Of a DNA stretch of 64,000 bases, positions 47,937 to 58,212 are shown piece after piece (position 1 is the first letter of the stretch; every line of letters starts with the position of its first letter). A model generated the notes under the pieces. The model made no database searches and was not told the DNA's origin. It saw nothing but the letters and a program-made list of their open reading frames with translations. A program made the position numbers and the translations under genes. Origin of the DNA: Candidatus Marinacidobacterales bacterium. Lineage in GTDB: Bacteria; Acidobacteriota; Vicinamibacteria; Marinacidobacterales; DATDRI01. The DNA is taken from NCBI GenBank assembly GCA_965219415.1, contig CBDCNP010000002.1, positions 2,432,001 to 2,496,000 of the forward strand, given 5' to 3'.

Positions 47937-48917
47937 ATGGCGGATCTAGATGTCCTCATCGTAGGAGGTGGACCGGCTGGGTTATCCGCCGCCATCGAGT
48001 GTAAGGAGCGTGACCTTTCGCACGTGGTGATCGAGAAAGGCTCCATCGTCGAGTCCCTTAGGCGCTTTCCCATGAACATGATCTACTTCACCACTCCGGA
48101 TCTGCTCGAGATCGGAGATCTGCCGTTGGTGACTTCACGAGAGAAGCCAACCCGGCTCGAAGCGCTCAAGTATTACCGGAGGGCGGCGGAGCGTTACGAC
48201 TTGCCCTTGAACCTCTATGAGCGGGTCGAGGAGGTCGGCCGGGAGAATGGGCACTTTCATGTGCGCACGACGCCGCGCGTAGGCGAGGCTCGCAGCTACT
48301 CCGCCCGCAGGGTCATCGTTGCCACAGGGTACTACGACAATCCGAACTTCCTAGGCATCCCGGGAGAGGACTTGCCGAAAGTCTCACACTATTACGAAGA
48401 AGCGCACCCTTACTACCAAATGGAAGTTGCGGTCATCGGGGGAGCCAATTCGGCCGCGGAGGCGGCGCTCGACCTCTACCGCTCGGGCGTCAAGGTGACT
48501 CTTATCCATCGGGAGGCTGAGCTCTCGACCCACATCAAGTACTGGGTGCGTCCCGATATCGGAAACCGCATCAAGCGTGGGGAGATCCCCGCCTTGTTCG
48601 AGACGGACGTGGAAGAAATCCTACCCGACAAACTCCGTTTGAAAGGAAAGGACGGTCGGCGCTCGGAGATCCCCAATGACTTCGTGCTGGCCCTCATTGG
48701 GTACCATCCGGATTATCCGTTTCTCGAGTCGATGGGTATCGAGATCGAATCGGAGACGGGCCGACCGGTGCATGATCCGGACACCTTCGAGACCAATGTG
48801 CCCGGTCTTTATGTAGCGGGAGGGATGGTCTCGGGGCGCCAGACCAACAAGATCTTCATCGAGAACGGCCGCTTTCATGGCGGCAAGATCGTTGCCCATC
48901 TGGCCCCACGTCCCTGA
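47937..48917 (+). CDS. ypdA: YpdA-family putative bacillithiol disulfide reductase
   Basis: GGGPAGL, FP.NM.YFTT...LEIG, KPTR.EAL.YYR, ATGYYD.PN, HYY.EAHPY, KYWVRPDI.NRI, IFIENGRFH. Confidence 0.9.
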   Translation: MADLDVLIVGGGPAGLSAAIECKERDLSHVVIEKGSIVESLRRFPMNMIYFTTPDLLEIGDLPLVTSREKPTRLEALKYYRRAAERYDLPLNLYERVEEVGRENGHFHVRTTPRVGEARSYSARRVIVATGYYDNPNFLGIPGEDLPKVSHYYEEAHPYYQMEVAVIGGANSAAEAALDLYRSGVKVTLIHREAELSTHIKYWVRPDIGNRIKRGEIPALFETDVEEILPDKLRLKGKDGRRSEIPNDFVLALIGYHPDYPFLESMGIEIESETGRPVHDPDTFETNVPGLYVAGGMVSGRQTNKIFIENGRFHGGKIVAHLAPRP

Positions 48918-48936
48918 AGTCTCTAAGGAGGTTTAC

Positions 48937-49335
48937 GTGTTAGGAAGTCATGGTCCACGCCGGATCCGCATCAGCTCGGGCAACCTGAGCTTCTCCGCTA
49001 CCCTGACCGACAATCGAGCCGCCCGCGCGCTCTGGAAGCGGCTACCGGTCGAGGCCAAGGCGAGCACCTGGGGCCACGAGATCTATTTCCCGGTGCCCAT
49101 CGAGCTCGCTGCTACCAAAGACGACAAGGATGTCGTCGCCATGGGTGACATCGCCTACTGGCCTCCGGGGAGCGCGGTCTGCATTTTCTTCGGCCGGACC
49201 CCCGCTAGTCGTGGGGAAGAGATTCGAGCCGCGAGCCCGGTAACGCTTCTCGGCAAGGTGGAAGGCGATCCCACGCTTTTCAATGCGGTGGAGGCCGGAC
49301 AGCTGGTGCGGGTCGAGCGGGAAAAGCCCACATGA
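48937..49335 (+). CDS. Cyclophilin-like fold protein (TM1367/DUF369-like)
   Basis: WG.EIYF, GDIAYWPPG.AVCIFFG.TP.S, IRAASPV..LGKV. Confidence 0.85.
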   Translation: MLGSHGPRRIRISSGNLSFSATLTDNRAARALWKRLPVEAKASTWGHEIYFPVPIELAATKDDKDVVAMGDIAYWPPGSAVCIFFGRTPASRGEEIRAASPVTLLGKVEGDPTLFNAVEAGQLVRVEREKPT

Positions 49336-49961
49336 TCCCGGTGAACATCTCTGAGTCACTCATCGAGCTAGGGCAAGATTTCTACTCACGCGGCTGGGCG
49401 CTCGGAACGAGCGGGAACTTGAGTGCGGTAGTCGATCGCGATCCTCTTCGGCTAGCTCTCACCGTCAGCGGTGTGGATAAGGGAAAGCTGACTCCCGACC
49501 AACTCCTGCTCATCGACGAAGGCCAGAACGTGATTCATGGAACGGGCCGTCCTTCCGCCGAAGCACGGCTTCACCTCGCCGTCGCCCGGCTCAAAGGCGC
49601 GGGCGCAGTCTTGCACACCCATTCGGTCTGGAGCAGCATCTTGTCGGAGATGGACGGCGACCAGAGTGGGCTCACCATCGAGGGCTACGAAATGCTCAAG
49701 GGCCTGGAAGGCATCGAGTCCCACAACCACCGCGAGTGGCTGCCTATCCTCGAAAATTCACAGGATTATGAAGCCCTCGCCCGCAACGTGGAAAGAGTAT
49801 TGACGGACCATCCCGATTCCCACGGGTTCTTGCTGCGACGTCACGGGCTCTACACGTGGGGGCGAGATCTAACGGAGGCCAAACGCCACGTGGAGATCCT
49901 CGAGTTCCTCATGGAAGTGATAGGCCGCATGGCGTGCGCGCCGGAGAGAGGAGGGGGTTGA
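49332..49961 (+). CDS. mtnB: Methylthioribulose-1-phosphate dehydratase
   Basis: GW..GTSGNLS, SG.DKG, PSAE..LH, LHTHS, EMLK, HGLYTWG, H.E.LEFL. Confidence 0.93.
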   Translation: MIPVNISESLIELGQDFYSRGWALGTSGNLSAVVDRDPLRLALTVSGVDKGKLTPDQLLLIDEGQNVIHGTGRPSAEARLHLAVARLKGAGAVLHTHSVWSSILSEMDGDQSGLTIEGYEMLKGLEGIESHNHREWLPILENSQDYEALARNVERVLTDHPDSHGFLLRRHGLYTWGRDLTEAKRHVEILEFLMEVIGRMACAPERGGG

Positions 49962-49965
49962 GACA

Positions 49966-50526
49966 ATGGCCACAGTTAGGATCCCCGACGAGAACAAGAC
50001 GTTGGTCGACCCCGAGGAGATCAAGAGCACCCTCGCCACAATCGGCATCACCTACCAGCGCTGGGAACCGAACCACCCCGTCACGGATGGCGCCCCGGCC
50101 GAGGAAATCTTGGACGCCTACAAAGAAGAGATCGAAAGGCTCAAGCGGGAGGGCGGCTGCGTAACCGCGGACGTCATCGACGTCGACTCGGAAACGCCTG
50201 GACTCGACGAGATGCTCGCCAAATTCAACCGCGAACACTGGCACGACGAAGATGAAGTACGCTTCGTCATTCAGGGCCACGGGCTTTTTCACATACGACC
50301 CAAGGGCGGAAAGGTCACCGCGATCGAGGTAGAGGCCGGAGACCTCCTCCGCGTACCCCGTGGCACGTGGCATTGGTTCGATCTGTGCGGAGATCGCGCG
50401 ATCCGTTGCATCCGATTGTTTCAGGATCCTTCGGGCTGGACACCGAGCTACACCGAGAGCGGAGTCGACAAGCATTTCGAGCCGGTCTGTCTGGGACCGT
50501 CCTTCAAGCCCGCCCGCTCCCCGTAG
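49966..50526 (+). CDS. mtnD: Acireductone dioxygenase
   Basis: [29 protein letters not shown]....GW. Confidence 0.93.
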   Translation: MATVRIPDENKTLVDPEEIKSTLATIGITYQRWEPNHPVTDGAPAEEILDAYKEEIERLKREGGCVTADVIDVDSETPGLDEMLAKFNREHWHDEDEVRFVIQGHGLFHIRPKGGKVTAIEVEAGDLLRVPRGTWHWFDLCGDRAIRCIRLFQDPSGWTPSYTESGVDKHFEPVCLGPSFKPARSP

Positions 50527-50533
50527 GTCCGGC

Positions 50534-51262
50534 ATGAGCGGAGCCCTTTCGCACTCGTGTGTCCGCGCGATCCTGCTGGATATCGAAGGCACCACGACCC
50601 CGGTAGACTTCGTCTACCAGGTGCTCTTCCCCTACGCTCAGGCCCAGGTGAATAACTTCCTCGAGCATCACGCCGAGGCTGCTTCTCCGGACATCGAGCT
50701 GCTGCGCCGCGAGCACGAGCAGGACGTGAACCGGGGCGCTGGTCCTCCGGCTTGGCCAGACCCGATCGACCCCGTCGCCTACGTGCACTGGCTCATGGAG
50801 CGAGATCGGAAATCGACCGGATTGAAATCGCTTCAGGGCAAGATTTGGGAGGACGGTTATCGAAGCGGCGAGCTTCGGGGAGAGGTCTATCCCGACGTCC
50901 TACCGGCGATCGAGCGTTGGCAGGAACAGGGGAAGAGAATATGCATCTATTCGTCGGGGAGTGTGCTCGCCCAGAAACTCCTCTTCTCGCACTCGACGGC
51001 AGGCGATCTAACACTCTTCATCGATGCGTACTTCGACACCACGACTGGGCCCAAGAAACAAACCGATAGCTATCGGAAGATCGCCGAAGCGCTATCGCTG
51101 GCCCCACCCGCCATCGTGTTCTTCTCCGACGTCGTCGCCGAGCTCGATGCCGCCCGCGAGGCGGGGATGAACACGGGTCTGTGCGTCCGTGAAGGAGCCT
51201 CACGACCCGAGAGTCCGGGACATGCTGTCCTCCACAACTTCGAGCAAGTCACCTTTTCCTAG
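50534..51262 (+). CDS. mtnC: Enolase-phosphatase E1 (acireductone synthase)
   Basis: DIEGTTTP.DFV..VLFPYA, DRKSTGLKSLQGKIW..GY, YSSGSVLAQKLLF, F.SD...ELDAA..AG. Confidence 0.93.
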   Translation: MSGALSHSCVRAILLDIEGTTTPVDFVYQVLFPYAQAQVNNFLEHHAEAASPDIELLRREHEQDVNRGAGPPAWPDPIDPVAYVHWLMERDRKSTGLKSLQGKIWEDGYRSGELRGEVYPDVLPAIERWQEQGKRICIYSSGSVLAQKLLFSHSTAGDLTLFIDAYFDTTTGPKKQTDSYRKIAEALSLAPPAIVFFSDVVAELDAAREAGMNTGLCVREGASRPESPGHAVLHNFEQVTFS

Positions 51263-51337
51263 TATGATTCCGGGGGGCCCGGCTTTTCGATCAGCTACCC
51301 CGAAAAGCACAGCAAACTGCAGCCGCCGAGCGCCGCG

Positions 51338-52684
51338 GTGCCATTCCAGCTGGAGTACCGGAAGAACAGCCTTCTGCGGCTCGAGACGGAGCGGCTAACG
51401 CAACCCATCGATTTGAGTGACGAGACCTTCGCCGAGATTTTCCGAGAGATCCAGCTCGAGCGGCTGCGCGAGCGGGTGGGCACACCGCTCGAAGGCGAGC
51501 AGATCAGCCGGTTCTCGTGGGGTGTGGGGATCGAGTTCCACTACTACTTGCCGGCGCGAAGCGGCAAGAAGAACCGCCGCGATCTGGTGACCGAAGTGGT
51601 GACGACGTTCGACGATAAGCTGTACCGCTTCACGTATTGGATTCCTGAGCGGGATCTGAAACGGGTGGCCGCACCTTTCGCACAGATCGTCGAGAGCTTC
51701 AACCCCGAGCGAGTCATCACCGAGGCGGCAGCGGACGAGACCACTGCCACCGGCGGCTACTCGGCCTCACACTCCGAAGCAAACGCGGAGGCCTATCGCC
51801 GCGAGATCCAGCAGCAAGCGGAGAACAAGAGAGAGCGCGCCGAGCTGTACGCGGAACTCGCAGAGACGCTGGGGTGGAAGGCGTTTCTAACCAAATCGCC
51901 TTCACCGGCCGAGCTCGAGGAGATGCAGCTCTCTGCCGAGGCGGCGCTCCGCGAAACACCTAACGATGTCGACGCGCATCAGGCGCGGGCGTGGGCCGCT
52001 TATCACGAGAACCGCATGGTGGAGATGGAGGAGGAGATCAAGAAGGCGATCGTGATCGAGCCCGATAACGCCGAGAACCATCTTCTCTATGCGCTCTGGT
52101 ACGGATTCAACCCCGAGCGATCGGAAGCGATGGCCCGGCAGGCGCTCGACATCGATCCCGGCTATGCCGCGGCTTATTACGTCAAAGCCGTCGCTGATCG
52201 TCGCAGTGGGGATCTCGTGGAAGCGCGGCTCGCACTCGAAGAAGCCGTCAAGCTCGACCCGGGATTCACCGAGGCACGTCTGCAGCTCGCCGAAGTGCTT
52301 CGGGAAAGTGGAGACGCGCCGGCAGCACTCGACGCCTACCGCGCGGCCGCGGCGGCAGCGCCCAACGACCCCAACGTCCGTTTCAAATTCGCGCTCGCGC
52401 TGCGCCGATCGGGACGCATCGACGAGGCCATCACCGAGTACCAGGCGCTCTTGCGCCTCGAACCCTCTCTTGCCGAGGTGCACTACAACCTCGCCGTCCT
52501 GTATCTACAGGAACGACAGGCCGCCGATCTCGCGCGCCAGCACTTCCGCCGCTTCGTCGAGCTCGACCCGGAGAGCGAGCGGGCGCCCCGCGTTCGGGAG
52601 TGGCTCGCCAACTGGGCCTCACTTGATCAACAAGATTCGCTGGTTGACCGGGTAGAACCTTCGATGAATATCTCACTGAAGTAA
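51338..52684 (+). CDS. Tetratricopeptide-repeat protein (ends probably damaged)
   Basis: Repeated A...DP....A...LA helical units; no clear start or RBS; the tail runs into degenerate HNH-gene sequence. Confidence 0.7.
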   Translation: MPFQLEYRKNSLLRLETERLTQPIDLSDETFAEIFREIQLERLRERVGTPLEGEQISRFSWGVGIEFHYYLPARSGKKNRRDLVTEVVTTFDDKLYRFTYWIPERDLKRVAAPFAQIVESFNPERVITEAAADETTATGGYSASHSEANAEAYRREIQQQAENKRERAELYAELAETLGWKAFLTKSPSPAELEEMQLSAEAALRETPNDVDAHQARAWAAYHENRMVEMEEEIKKAIVIEPDNAENHLLYALWYGFNPERSEAMARQALDIDPGYAAAYYVKAVADRRSGDLVEARLALEEAVKLDPGFTEARLQLAEVLRESGDAPAALDAYRAAAAAAPNDPNVRFKFALALRRSGRIDEAITEYQALLRLEPSLAEVHYNLAVLYLQERQAADLARQHFRRFVELDPESERAPRVREWLANWASLDQQDSLVDRVEPSMNISLK

Positions 52685-53595
52685 AGCGACGACGGGGATA
52701 CGAACAGTTCGGCTTCGCCAACATCGAGGACTATGCCCTCGAGCTTCTCGGTTTTTCCCCTAGCAAGACTCGACAACTCCTCGCCCTAGGGCGGAAGCTT
52801 CTCGCTCTACCCAAGGTGACCGAAGCCTTGGCACGGGGAGACATTGGCTGGACCAAGGCGTCCAAGGTCGCCATGGTCGCTACACAGAAGGACGAGGGGG
52901 AGTGGGTCGAAAAGGCCGTCAACCTCTCCACTCGTCAGTTGGAGCGGCAGATCCGTGATCAACTCCAACCCGGCGGAAGCAACGTGAACTGGTTTCTCAC
53001 GGCAGACCAAACCGCCGTGGTCGCTCGAGCGATGGAGATCTGCCGAAGGATGTCAGGAGAAGAGATTGATCCCGGTAGATGTCTGGACCTCATTTGTGGA
53101 GAGTTCCTCGCGACGTACGAATACATGGCGGAACAAGACGTCCAAATTCAGGAAGCAGATTCCGGATCGGAAGCGGAGGCTGCGTGTCCCTCAGGCGACG
53201 AGCTACCGCCGCCTACTCCCGTTCCCTTTACGAAAACGCAACTCGAAGTTCTGGAACGAGGCCTGTACCGATGTCAATATCCCGGTTGCTCCGTGATGTG
53301 CGGACTTCACCCGCATCACATCGTGTTCCGCAGCCACACCGGAAAGAAGAGTCGGGCGCAGAGCGACTCGCCGTCCAATGTGCTGACGCTTTGTTTCGTT
53401 CATCACCGCATGTTGCACGCGGGGAACATCGGTATTAGCGGAAAAGCACCGGCGGATCTTCAGTGGCGGCGACCGGAGCTGATGGAGTCGACCGTCGAAC
53501 GCTTCAACGAACTAGCCGCCGAAGCTTTCGAGCCGGACGACTTCGAGCTGCCGGGACAAGAGCAGGGCGAGCCGGCGCCCGCCGCTCCTGCCTAG
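52672..53595 (+). CDS. HNH endonuclease with DUF222-like N-terminal region (5' end degenerate)
   Basis: GY...GF..IEDYA...LG.S......L.....LP....AL..G.IGWTKA; CQYPGC.....HPHHI.FRS..G......NVLTLC..HH.MLH.G. Confidence 0.8.
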   Translation, partial: LTEVKRRRGYEQFGFANIEDYALELLGFSPSKTRQLLALGRKLLALPKVTEALARGDIGWTKASKVAMVATQKDEGEWVEKAVNLSTRQLERQIRDQLQPGGSNVNWFLTADQTAVVARAMEICRRMSGEEIDPGRCLDLICGEFLATYEYMAEQDVQIQEADSGSEAEAACPSGDELPPPTPVPFTKTQLEVLERGLYRCQYPGCSVMCGLHPHHIVFRSHTGKKSRAQSDSPSNVLTLCFVHHRMLHAGNIGISGKAPADLQWRRPELMESTVERFNELAAEAFEPDDFELPGQEQGEPAPAAPA

Positions 53596-53902
53596 TAGCA
53601 GGAAAAATCCTAGTCGAAGCTGTGAGGGTAGGGCATTCGTATGTCTAGAAGACTGGCCCGGCGACAAAATTCGCGTCAAGAGCGCCTAGAGATGATTCGA
53701 AGTTTTCGGAGGGGAGTGGAAAAGCACCGACCAGCACTCGTCGGAGCGTCAGACGCATCTTTGTTACTTTTCTTCTCAATGTCAGGCGCCTGACAAAAAT
53801 GGCCGCAAATCGTTTCCTTTCGAAACACCCGCGCGCCGTTTCTCGGAACCGCCTTTGACTTTTCTCTCCGCAAAAGAATACTTTCTCTCCTACGGGTTGA
53901 CC

Positions 53903-55217
53903 ATGTCCCTCACCTCTGGCACGAAGCTGAGTTCTTACGAAATCCTCGAGCCCACCGGTGCGGGTGGCATGGGCGAGGTCTATAAGGCCAGGGACACGAA
54001 GCTCGGCCGGGAAGTTGCGATCAAGGTCCTTCCCGAAGCGTTCGCACAAAACGAAGAACGCCTAGCCCGCTTCGAGCGTGAGGCTCGGCTCCTCGCATCA
54101 CTGAATCATCCCAACATCGCTACTCTCTACGGCTTCGAACAATCCAACGGAGTCCAGTTCCTGGTCATGGAGCTCGCCGACGGAGAAACCCTCGCAGGAC
54201 GACTCCGGCGCGGCCCTATCCCAGTGGAGGATGCTCTTCCCATCTTCAAACAGATAGCGGAAGCATTGGAGGCGGCTCACGAAAAAGGAATCATCCACCG
54301 GGACCTGAAACCAGCGAACATCAAAGTCGCCTCCGAGGGCAAGGTAAAAGTCCTAGACTTCGGGCTCGCCAAGGCGATGAGTGGAGATTCTGTGAAGGGT
54401 GAGGTGTCTGAATCCCCGACCATTACTCGAGATGCGACGGCGACCGGAGTCATCCTCGGCACGGCCGCCTACATGAGCCCCGAACAAGCCCGTGGCAAGC
54501 AAGTCGACAAGAGGACCGACATCTGGGGGTTCAGCTGTGTTCTTTACGAAAGTCTTACGGGCAAAGTGGCCTTCCTCGGAGAAACGGTCACCGACACGAT
54601 GGTGAAGATCCTTGAAAAGGAGCCCGACTGGGGACGCCTTGCCGGCAACGACTCCTGCCAAGGTAAGGGATGTGCTACGGCGTTGTCTCAGGAAGGACTT
54701 GCAGCGCCGGCTGCGGGACGTGGGCGATGCACGGATCGAGATGGAAGAGGCGCTGACGGAGCCCTCCTTCACGCCGAGCGACGCAATAGAGGAGCGCGTA
54801 ACGTCGCGGCGGTGGCGGACGATTCCTTGGATAGCGGTTGCCCTCGTCGCTACGGCGGTCGCTATCTGGAGCTGGATGCGGGCTAGTCCACCATTCCACG
54901 GTCGCCGTGACACGACTTTCCCTGTCGACTCCACCCCTCGGCGGATCCGGTCCACCCCCCGCCGGATCCGGCCGCATGTTGGACATCTCGCCCGACGGTA
55001 CCCGTCTCGCCTTCATCGCTGAGGAGAATGGCGTCAGCAGACTTCTATCTTCGTTTGATGGGTCAGCTCGACGCGAGACCGGTTGAAGGCACCGACGGCG
55101 CTCGAGGCGGCCCCTTCTTCTCTCCCGATGGCGAGTGGGTAGGCTTTCAAGTCCCCGTCCCCGGAAAAGAGAACTTGGCGGGCGTACTAAAGAAGGTTCC
55201 GGTGTCAGGCGGGACGG
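53903..55217 (+). pseudogene. Ser/Thr protein kinase with TM and PD40-like repeats, frameshifted and truncated by an IS5-family element
   Basis: GAGGMGEVY, VAIK, HRDLKPAN, DFGLAK, GT..YMSPEQ, ISPDG, FSPDG.WV; ends at the IS IR at 55218. Confidence 0.88.
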
Positions 55218-56304
55218 TGCCTTGGTGCACAACTCTCGATCTCGGTCCACAATTGTCCTGTACTCGCGGATACGAGGTTCCCCATGAGCATTTTCAAACG
55301 CACTCAGCGGAAGTATGTGAAGAAGGCCTATCGCGTGAGGAATTGGCGTGAATATGAGGCGGGTCTACGCAACCGCGGGAGCCTGACCGTCTGGATCTCG
55401 CTCACCGCCGGCAAGCTTGTGAACTGGGACGCGCCCCGGCCAAGGAGGAGGAAACCGGGCCGTCAACGCAAGTACTCGAACCACGCCATCGAGACGGCTG
55501 TCACCCTGGGCATGGTGTTTCATCTGTCATCTAGGCAGAGCGAGGGATTGCTGCGGTCGTTGTTCGCTCTGATGAAGCTAGACAATGATGTGCCCGATCA
55601 CACCACGATCTCGAGGCGCAAGCCGAAGCTGGGTAAGGTCCCCTTCTACCAAGTCAAGCAGAAGACGCCGTTGCACATCTTGATCGACAGCAGCGGTCTC
55701 GCTGTCCACGCCGGCCAGCTGCGCAGAGCACAAAAGAGCAGGGACTATCGCAAGCTCCATCTGTGTGTCGACGAGCAGAGTGGCGAAGTCGTCGCCGGCG
55801 AGCTGACGAGCAAAAGAGCCCGCGATTCATCGCGGGTTGCATCGCTTGTCGGACAGATCGACAGTCCCATCTCATCGGCCAGAGCTGACACCGCATACGA
55901 CGCCGGCGGCGTCTATGAGGCAATCGAGAATCACAGCGCTCATCGCTCGCCGAGGGTGCTGATACCGCCGCGCAAGGGCGCCCTGCTCGCATCGGGGCCG
56001 GCGAGCAGCCGACAGCGCAATCGCAACATTGCAGCACAAGCTCGGCTCGGCAAACGAAAGTGGCACACAGAATCGGGCTACAGCAAACGGAGCAAAGTCG
56101 AGACAACGTTCCATCGCTACAAGGCTATCGTGGGCTCAGCGATGCGAGCGAGAGGGTTGGCGGCACAGAGAGGTGAGGCAAGGATCGGGTGCAAGATTCT
56201 CAACACCATGACGGCGCTCGGGATGCCTGATAGCGAGATGATCGGATGATGGGAGTCGGGGCCAAGCGAGCTCTCGGCCTCTATCGGAGTTGTGCACCAA
56301 GGCA
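55218..56304 (+). mobile_element. IS5-family (IS903 group) element, copy 2
   Basis: Perfect 18-bp IRs at 55218-55235 and 56287-56304; no direct repeat. Confidence 0.93.
55284..56249 (+). CDS. IS903-group DDE transposase
   Basis: YRVRNWREYE.GL..RGSLTVW, PDHTTISRR, IDSSGL, RKLHL.VD, AD.AYD, GY..RS.VET. Confidence 0.93.
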   Translation: MSIFKRTQRKYVKKAYRVRNWREYEAGLRNRGSLTVWISLTAGKLVNWDAPRPRRRKPGRQRKYSNHAIETAVTLGMVFHLSSRQSEGLLRSLFALMKLDNDVPDHTTISRRKPKLGKVPFYQVKQKTPLHILIDSSGLAVHAGQLRRAQKSRDYRKLHLCVDEQSGEVVAGELTSKRARDSSRVASLVGQIDSPISSARADTAYDAGGVYEAIENHSAHRSPRVLIPPRKGALLASGPASSRQRNRNIAAQARLGKRKWHTESGYSKRSKVETTFHRYKAIVGSAMRARGLAAQRGEARIGCKILNTMTALGMPDSEMIG

Positions 56305-57780
56305 GCACAGAGGTGGGTACTCCAGTGCCCCGGGTCATCGTCGCGGATCAACAGAAGCGGTGGAGAAGCTGTAACCAGCGTGGCACTATTCGGCTGAACT
56401 GGCGCATCATCCAGGCCCCGATGCGGCTCATCGACTATGTCATCGTCCACGAGCTGGTGCATCTGCGCCACCGCAGCCACGGCCGTGGACTTGACCCGCT
56501 TTCGTGGACACCTAATCCTTTGGGAGACAGGAGTCCACGATGTCAAAAGCACGGAAACAGATACGCGGCCGAGTTCCGGCGCCAAATGGTAGAGCTGGTG
56601 CGAGCGGGCCGCGGCCCCGAAGAGCTGGCGAGAGAGTTTGAGCCCTCGGCCCAGACGATCCGGAACTGGGTGAACCAGGCGGATCTCGACGAGGGTAGCA
56701 GGCAGAACGGTCTGACGAGTGAGGAGCGTGCGGAGCTCCGCCGCCTGCGACGGGAGAACCGTCAGCTACGGTTGGAGCGGGAGATCCTCTCAAAAGCCGC
56801 GGCCTGGTTCGCTCGGGAGACCGAGTCGGTACCACCGAAGCCTTCCGATTCGTGAGGGCGAACCAGGATTCACTACCGGTTGCCACGATGTGCCGACTGC
56901 TGGACGTCTCCGCCAGCGGCTACTATGCGTGGCTTGAGCGTGCCCCGTCGGCCCGCGCGGTGTCGGATGCAGAGTTGCTCGAGAAGATCCGAGCGATTCA
57001 CACCGCGTCGCGGGGCACGTACGGCGCGCCGAGGATTTTCCACGAGCTACGAGAGACACACGAGCTCCACGTCTCACGCAAGCGTGTAGCGCGGCTGATG
57101 CGCGAGGCTGGCATTCAAGGCGTTCACCGGCGCAAGAGGGCGCACACCACGATTCGCGATGACGACGCTCGTCCCGCCCCCGACCTCGTCGACAGGAATT
57201 TCGAGGTGGACCGGCCCGACCGCCTGTGGGTCGCCGATATCACCTACGTGCCCACGTGGTCGGGCTTCTTGTTCCTCGCCGTCGTGCTGGACGCCTTCAG
57301 CCGACGCATCGTCAGATGGGCGATGGCTCCCCACCTGCGGACGTCGCTCGTCTTGAGCGCCTTCGACATGGCGCTGTTCCAACGCAAGCCCGGCGACGTC
57401 ATCCATCACTCGGACCAGGGCACGCAGTACACGTCACTAGCGTTCGGCCAGCGATGCCGGGAGGCCGGGGTGCGACCGTCGATGGGTTCGGTCGGGGACT
57501 GTTACGACAATGCGATGTGCGAGAGCTTCTTCGCGACGCTCGAGTGCGAGCTGATCGAGCGCCGGTCGTTTCGCTACCACGCTGAGGCGCGCATGGCGAC
57601 CTTCGATTTCATCGAAGGCTGGTACAACCCGCGACGCCGACACTCCGCCATCGACTATTGCTCCCCGATACAATTCGAAAGGAGGTACTATCGCGCCGCT
57701 TGATCCCTAACTCTTAACCTGTCCACGAAAGCGGGGTCACTTCAGCCGTGACTACTGGCAGGCTATCGGGACGGTAGCCC
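56305..57780 (+). pseudogene. M48/YgjP (DUF45) metalloprotease C-terminal fragment interrupted by IS3
   Basis: Q.KRW.SC...G.I.LNWRII.AP..LIDYVIVHELVHLRH..HG resumes as RDYWQAIG after the IS3 copy. Confidence 0.8.
56486..57744 (+). mobile_element. IS3-family element (orfA about 56540-56855, orfB 56852-57703)
   Basis: TG...CA ends; 25-bp imperfect IRs containing CCCGCTTTCGTGGACA; 4-bp duplication GCCG at 56482-56485 and 57745-57748; WVADITY, HSDQG.QY, DNA..ESFF.TL..E. Confidence 0.93.
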
Positions 57781-57916
57781 CGGCCTCGATTGGACCCGCG
57801 GGCAGCCTCCTTTCCACTGGCACACGGCCCCCGGTTAGCGCTCGCTCCCTTATTTAGCGCAAACTTGTCCCTCGGAAATCGAGATTAGAGACGAAAACCA
57901 AAAATGAGGCCCTTTC

Positions 57917-58099
57917 AGGCCTGTTGGTCACGCTGGAGCCATCCAGCGATGGCGACGACCAACAAGGTTCAGGGCTGGCTCTGCCTCCTCATGACCGAGG
58001 ATTCTAGCTTCCATTGGCCAACCAAGCCTCAGACGTCTCTGATCCGAAACGTCCCGGCGCGGCCAGTCTTGAGTTCGTTTGTGTTTTTGGACAGGACGC
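57917..58099 (-). mobile_element. rve-type element left-end remnant
   Basis: Shares its terminus with 32123-32169 and LVVAIAGW.QRDQQA coding with 31520-31566. Confidence 0.6.
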
Positions 58100-58212
58100 C
58101 CTCGACCCTACCGGCCAAAGAAAATTGGCATCAGAGTGGGGAGTCCTATCGATCAGCGGGGCCCGCCTCGTCCGAGGTTGGTGGCGTCGCTGCAGTCGTC
58201 CAGAGTAAGCTG

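Noticed and set aside
54930-54971. 21-bp tandem duplication in the kinase gene
   Set aside because: Two copies, frame-preserving, in a linker of an already broken gene; ordinary slippage.
28979-56304. 27-kb composite transposon bounded by the IS903-like pair
   Set aside because: Outer flanks share no duplication and much of the enclosed DNA is housekeeping (mtnBDC, ypdA, M16 peptidase).
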